This document shows, piece by piece, positions 62,141-64,000 of a stretch of DNA of 64,000 nucleotides. Below the pieces are notes generated by a model. That model was not told the origin of the DNA. It saw only the letters and a list, made by a program, of their open reading frames with translations, and ran no database searches. Every line of letters starts with the position of its first letter. Position 1 is the stretch's first letter. The stretch is from Mobula hypostoma (taxonomy: Eukaryota), in assembly GCF_963921235.1 (NCBI RefSeq), contig NC_086097.1, positions 224,566,001 through 224,630,000 of the forward strand. The letters run 5' to 3'. Made by a program: the position numbers and the translations under genes.

Positions 62141-64000
62141 TGATCTATTTAAAATGGGTTATGAAATGCATCGAAATTCACAGAAATTTCTCAGGAGCAA
62201 CACTGCAGCATAAAAATAATGACACTTGTAAAGCTTACCTGGAATACAAAATTATACTATCTATTTAAAAGTATTGTTAACTTTGAGTGTATGAAACACA
62301 CGCGGAGTTCAAAGTAAAATTTATTATCAAAGTACACACATGTCACCATATACTATCCTGAAATTAATTTTTCTGAGGGCATTCACAATAAATATTAAGT
62401 AGTACAATAAGGTCAATGAGAAACCACACACAAGACATAAAAAAGCAACTAATGTGCAAAAAAAAGAAAGTGATAGAAATTTAAGGAAACATTCCAGGAG
62501 GACACCAAGCAATTAATGGAAACCCTGGGGCTGAAATTGAGTGATTTAATTAGAAATGGCATAGTGTGGACTTGTTTGAGACCAGTCAAATACTGATGCA
62601 CAGTTCGTTAGTATTAATGTTATTATCAAATCCACAACTAGCATCCAGTAAAAGAAGTGATTAGCATTTGCTTTTCACCATTCTTTACAATTGCCACATC
62701 TCGAGGTGCTTTTCAGCCGAGGAAGTAATGCTGAAGGGAAGTCATTTTTGTAGAAAACTGTATGTAGCAAGCTCCTACAAGTAGGAATATGATATCAACC
62801 AGATACTCTGCGTTTACTAATGTTGAGCGTGGGATAAGTATTGGTTGCGATTCTCAGATCACCTTTTCTGTCCACCTCATAGTAATGTCATTTTTTAAGT
62901 CCACATGACAAATTAAGTGGGACTCAACTGAATGCCATAGTCAAAAGACAGCACCTCCAACCAAGCTACAAACCAATCTCGCTGTGGTGTGTGAACTCAG
63001 ACGTTTATGTGTGGTTCTGGTAAATAGTGCTGATCTAATCTGGTTTTAATGTAATGCTCATGTATTGATCGAGTGTCTGAAGCTGCTAGGCAGAGTCTTA
63101 TTAGAGGAGAGACTTAAAATGACAGGCCTCAATGAAAGGGAAATTAACAAAATTATTACTGGGTTTTTATGTTTTCCTTAGGACTAACCACTATTTCATT
63201 ATGAAGGAATGGCTCCATTTAACTTTAGCAGAGTACAAGAAGCTGTGTAATTTGTACCAGAATGAAATCTCTTGGTTAAGATTCACAAGCTCTTAATTGT
63301 CAACATGGTTGAAACCCTTGCTTAAAATGTTGTGTAATAACCTTTCTGATTATACGATTATAGGAAGCCATTAAATCACTTTTTATTTTCAAGAAATGGC
63401 CGTCAAACATTTATAAGCATGTTTGTCCCAAAATTTTGTTTGGTTAGATCTGTTGTACCTTGTATAGAATTTGCTCCGATTGGGCATTCTTTTCTCTCTA
63501 CTCACTGTAGGGGTCCTTAACGAAATGAATTCAACCAGTTCATAATTTTGCTGAGCCTAGACACAATGCTGCCCCTAATTGAACAAGTTGGAAATCTCAG
63601 TGATCACAGCATGACTGGTATGAGGATTGAAAGCATGCCACATTGTTGCAGGAGGCTGAAAATGGGTAACCCAGTAAAACAGAAGAAGGAAGGGATGTCT
63701 AGACTTCTCAGCTGCAGAGGTGCAAGGCTGGTTCAGCTTTTGGGTATTCCCGATAAAGTACTGATGCAGTTGAATTGTCCTTGACTACAAAGGTGTATTA
63801 CCCCACAAGCAATGGCCCTGCCTGGAAATGGTTGTACAAGATCCAGTGCAGGAAACAAAGTTGGGAGGGCTCACTTTTAATGACGTAATCGTCCTGCAAG
63901 CGATGGTGGCGGCATAGCCGATTTGCACAGTGGCAAAACCATTGACCAGGATGACACATAGAGTGTTATTTCACACAGGTTTCACAGAGAGAGTGGTGGG

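Overview
Vertebrate genomic DNA, not prokaryotic. The repeat content (CR1, Rex1/Babar, Penelope-like, V-SINE-like, Gypsy) suggests a cartilaginous fish; this is an inference. The one host gene is CRISPLD1 (CAP/SCP domain plus LCCL domains) on the + strand. It has a CpG-island promoter and non-coding exon 1 near 25.6-25.8 kb and 12 coding exons traced by hand from 26307 to 53428 (477 codons, all GT-AG, phases consistent). The last exons were not found and probably lie past 64000. Most of the rest is transposon-derived: the 3' end of a Gypsy element (1-1340); a complete but decayed Gypsy provirus (12691-20154; two LTRs, CTCAT target-site duplication, tRNA-Ser PBS) interrupted by a young CR1 LINE with an open 917-codon ORF2; many CR1, Rex1, RTE and SINE fragments; and a family of Penelope-derived repeats carrying minimal hammerhead-ribozyme motifs, some arranged as foldback hairpins. 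I found no clearly new biological system. The best leads are the hammerhead/foldback elements, the nested retroelements, a twin-priming-like inverted RTE and an extended CRISPLD1 pro-region. Most short ORFs in the supplied track are spurious. Repeat boundaries are approximate unless a TSD or terminus is quoted.
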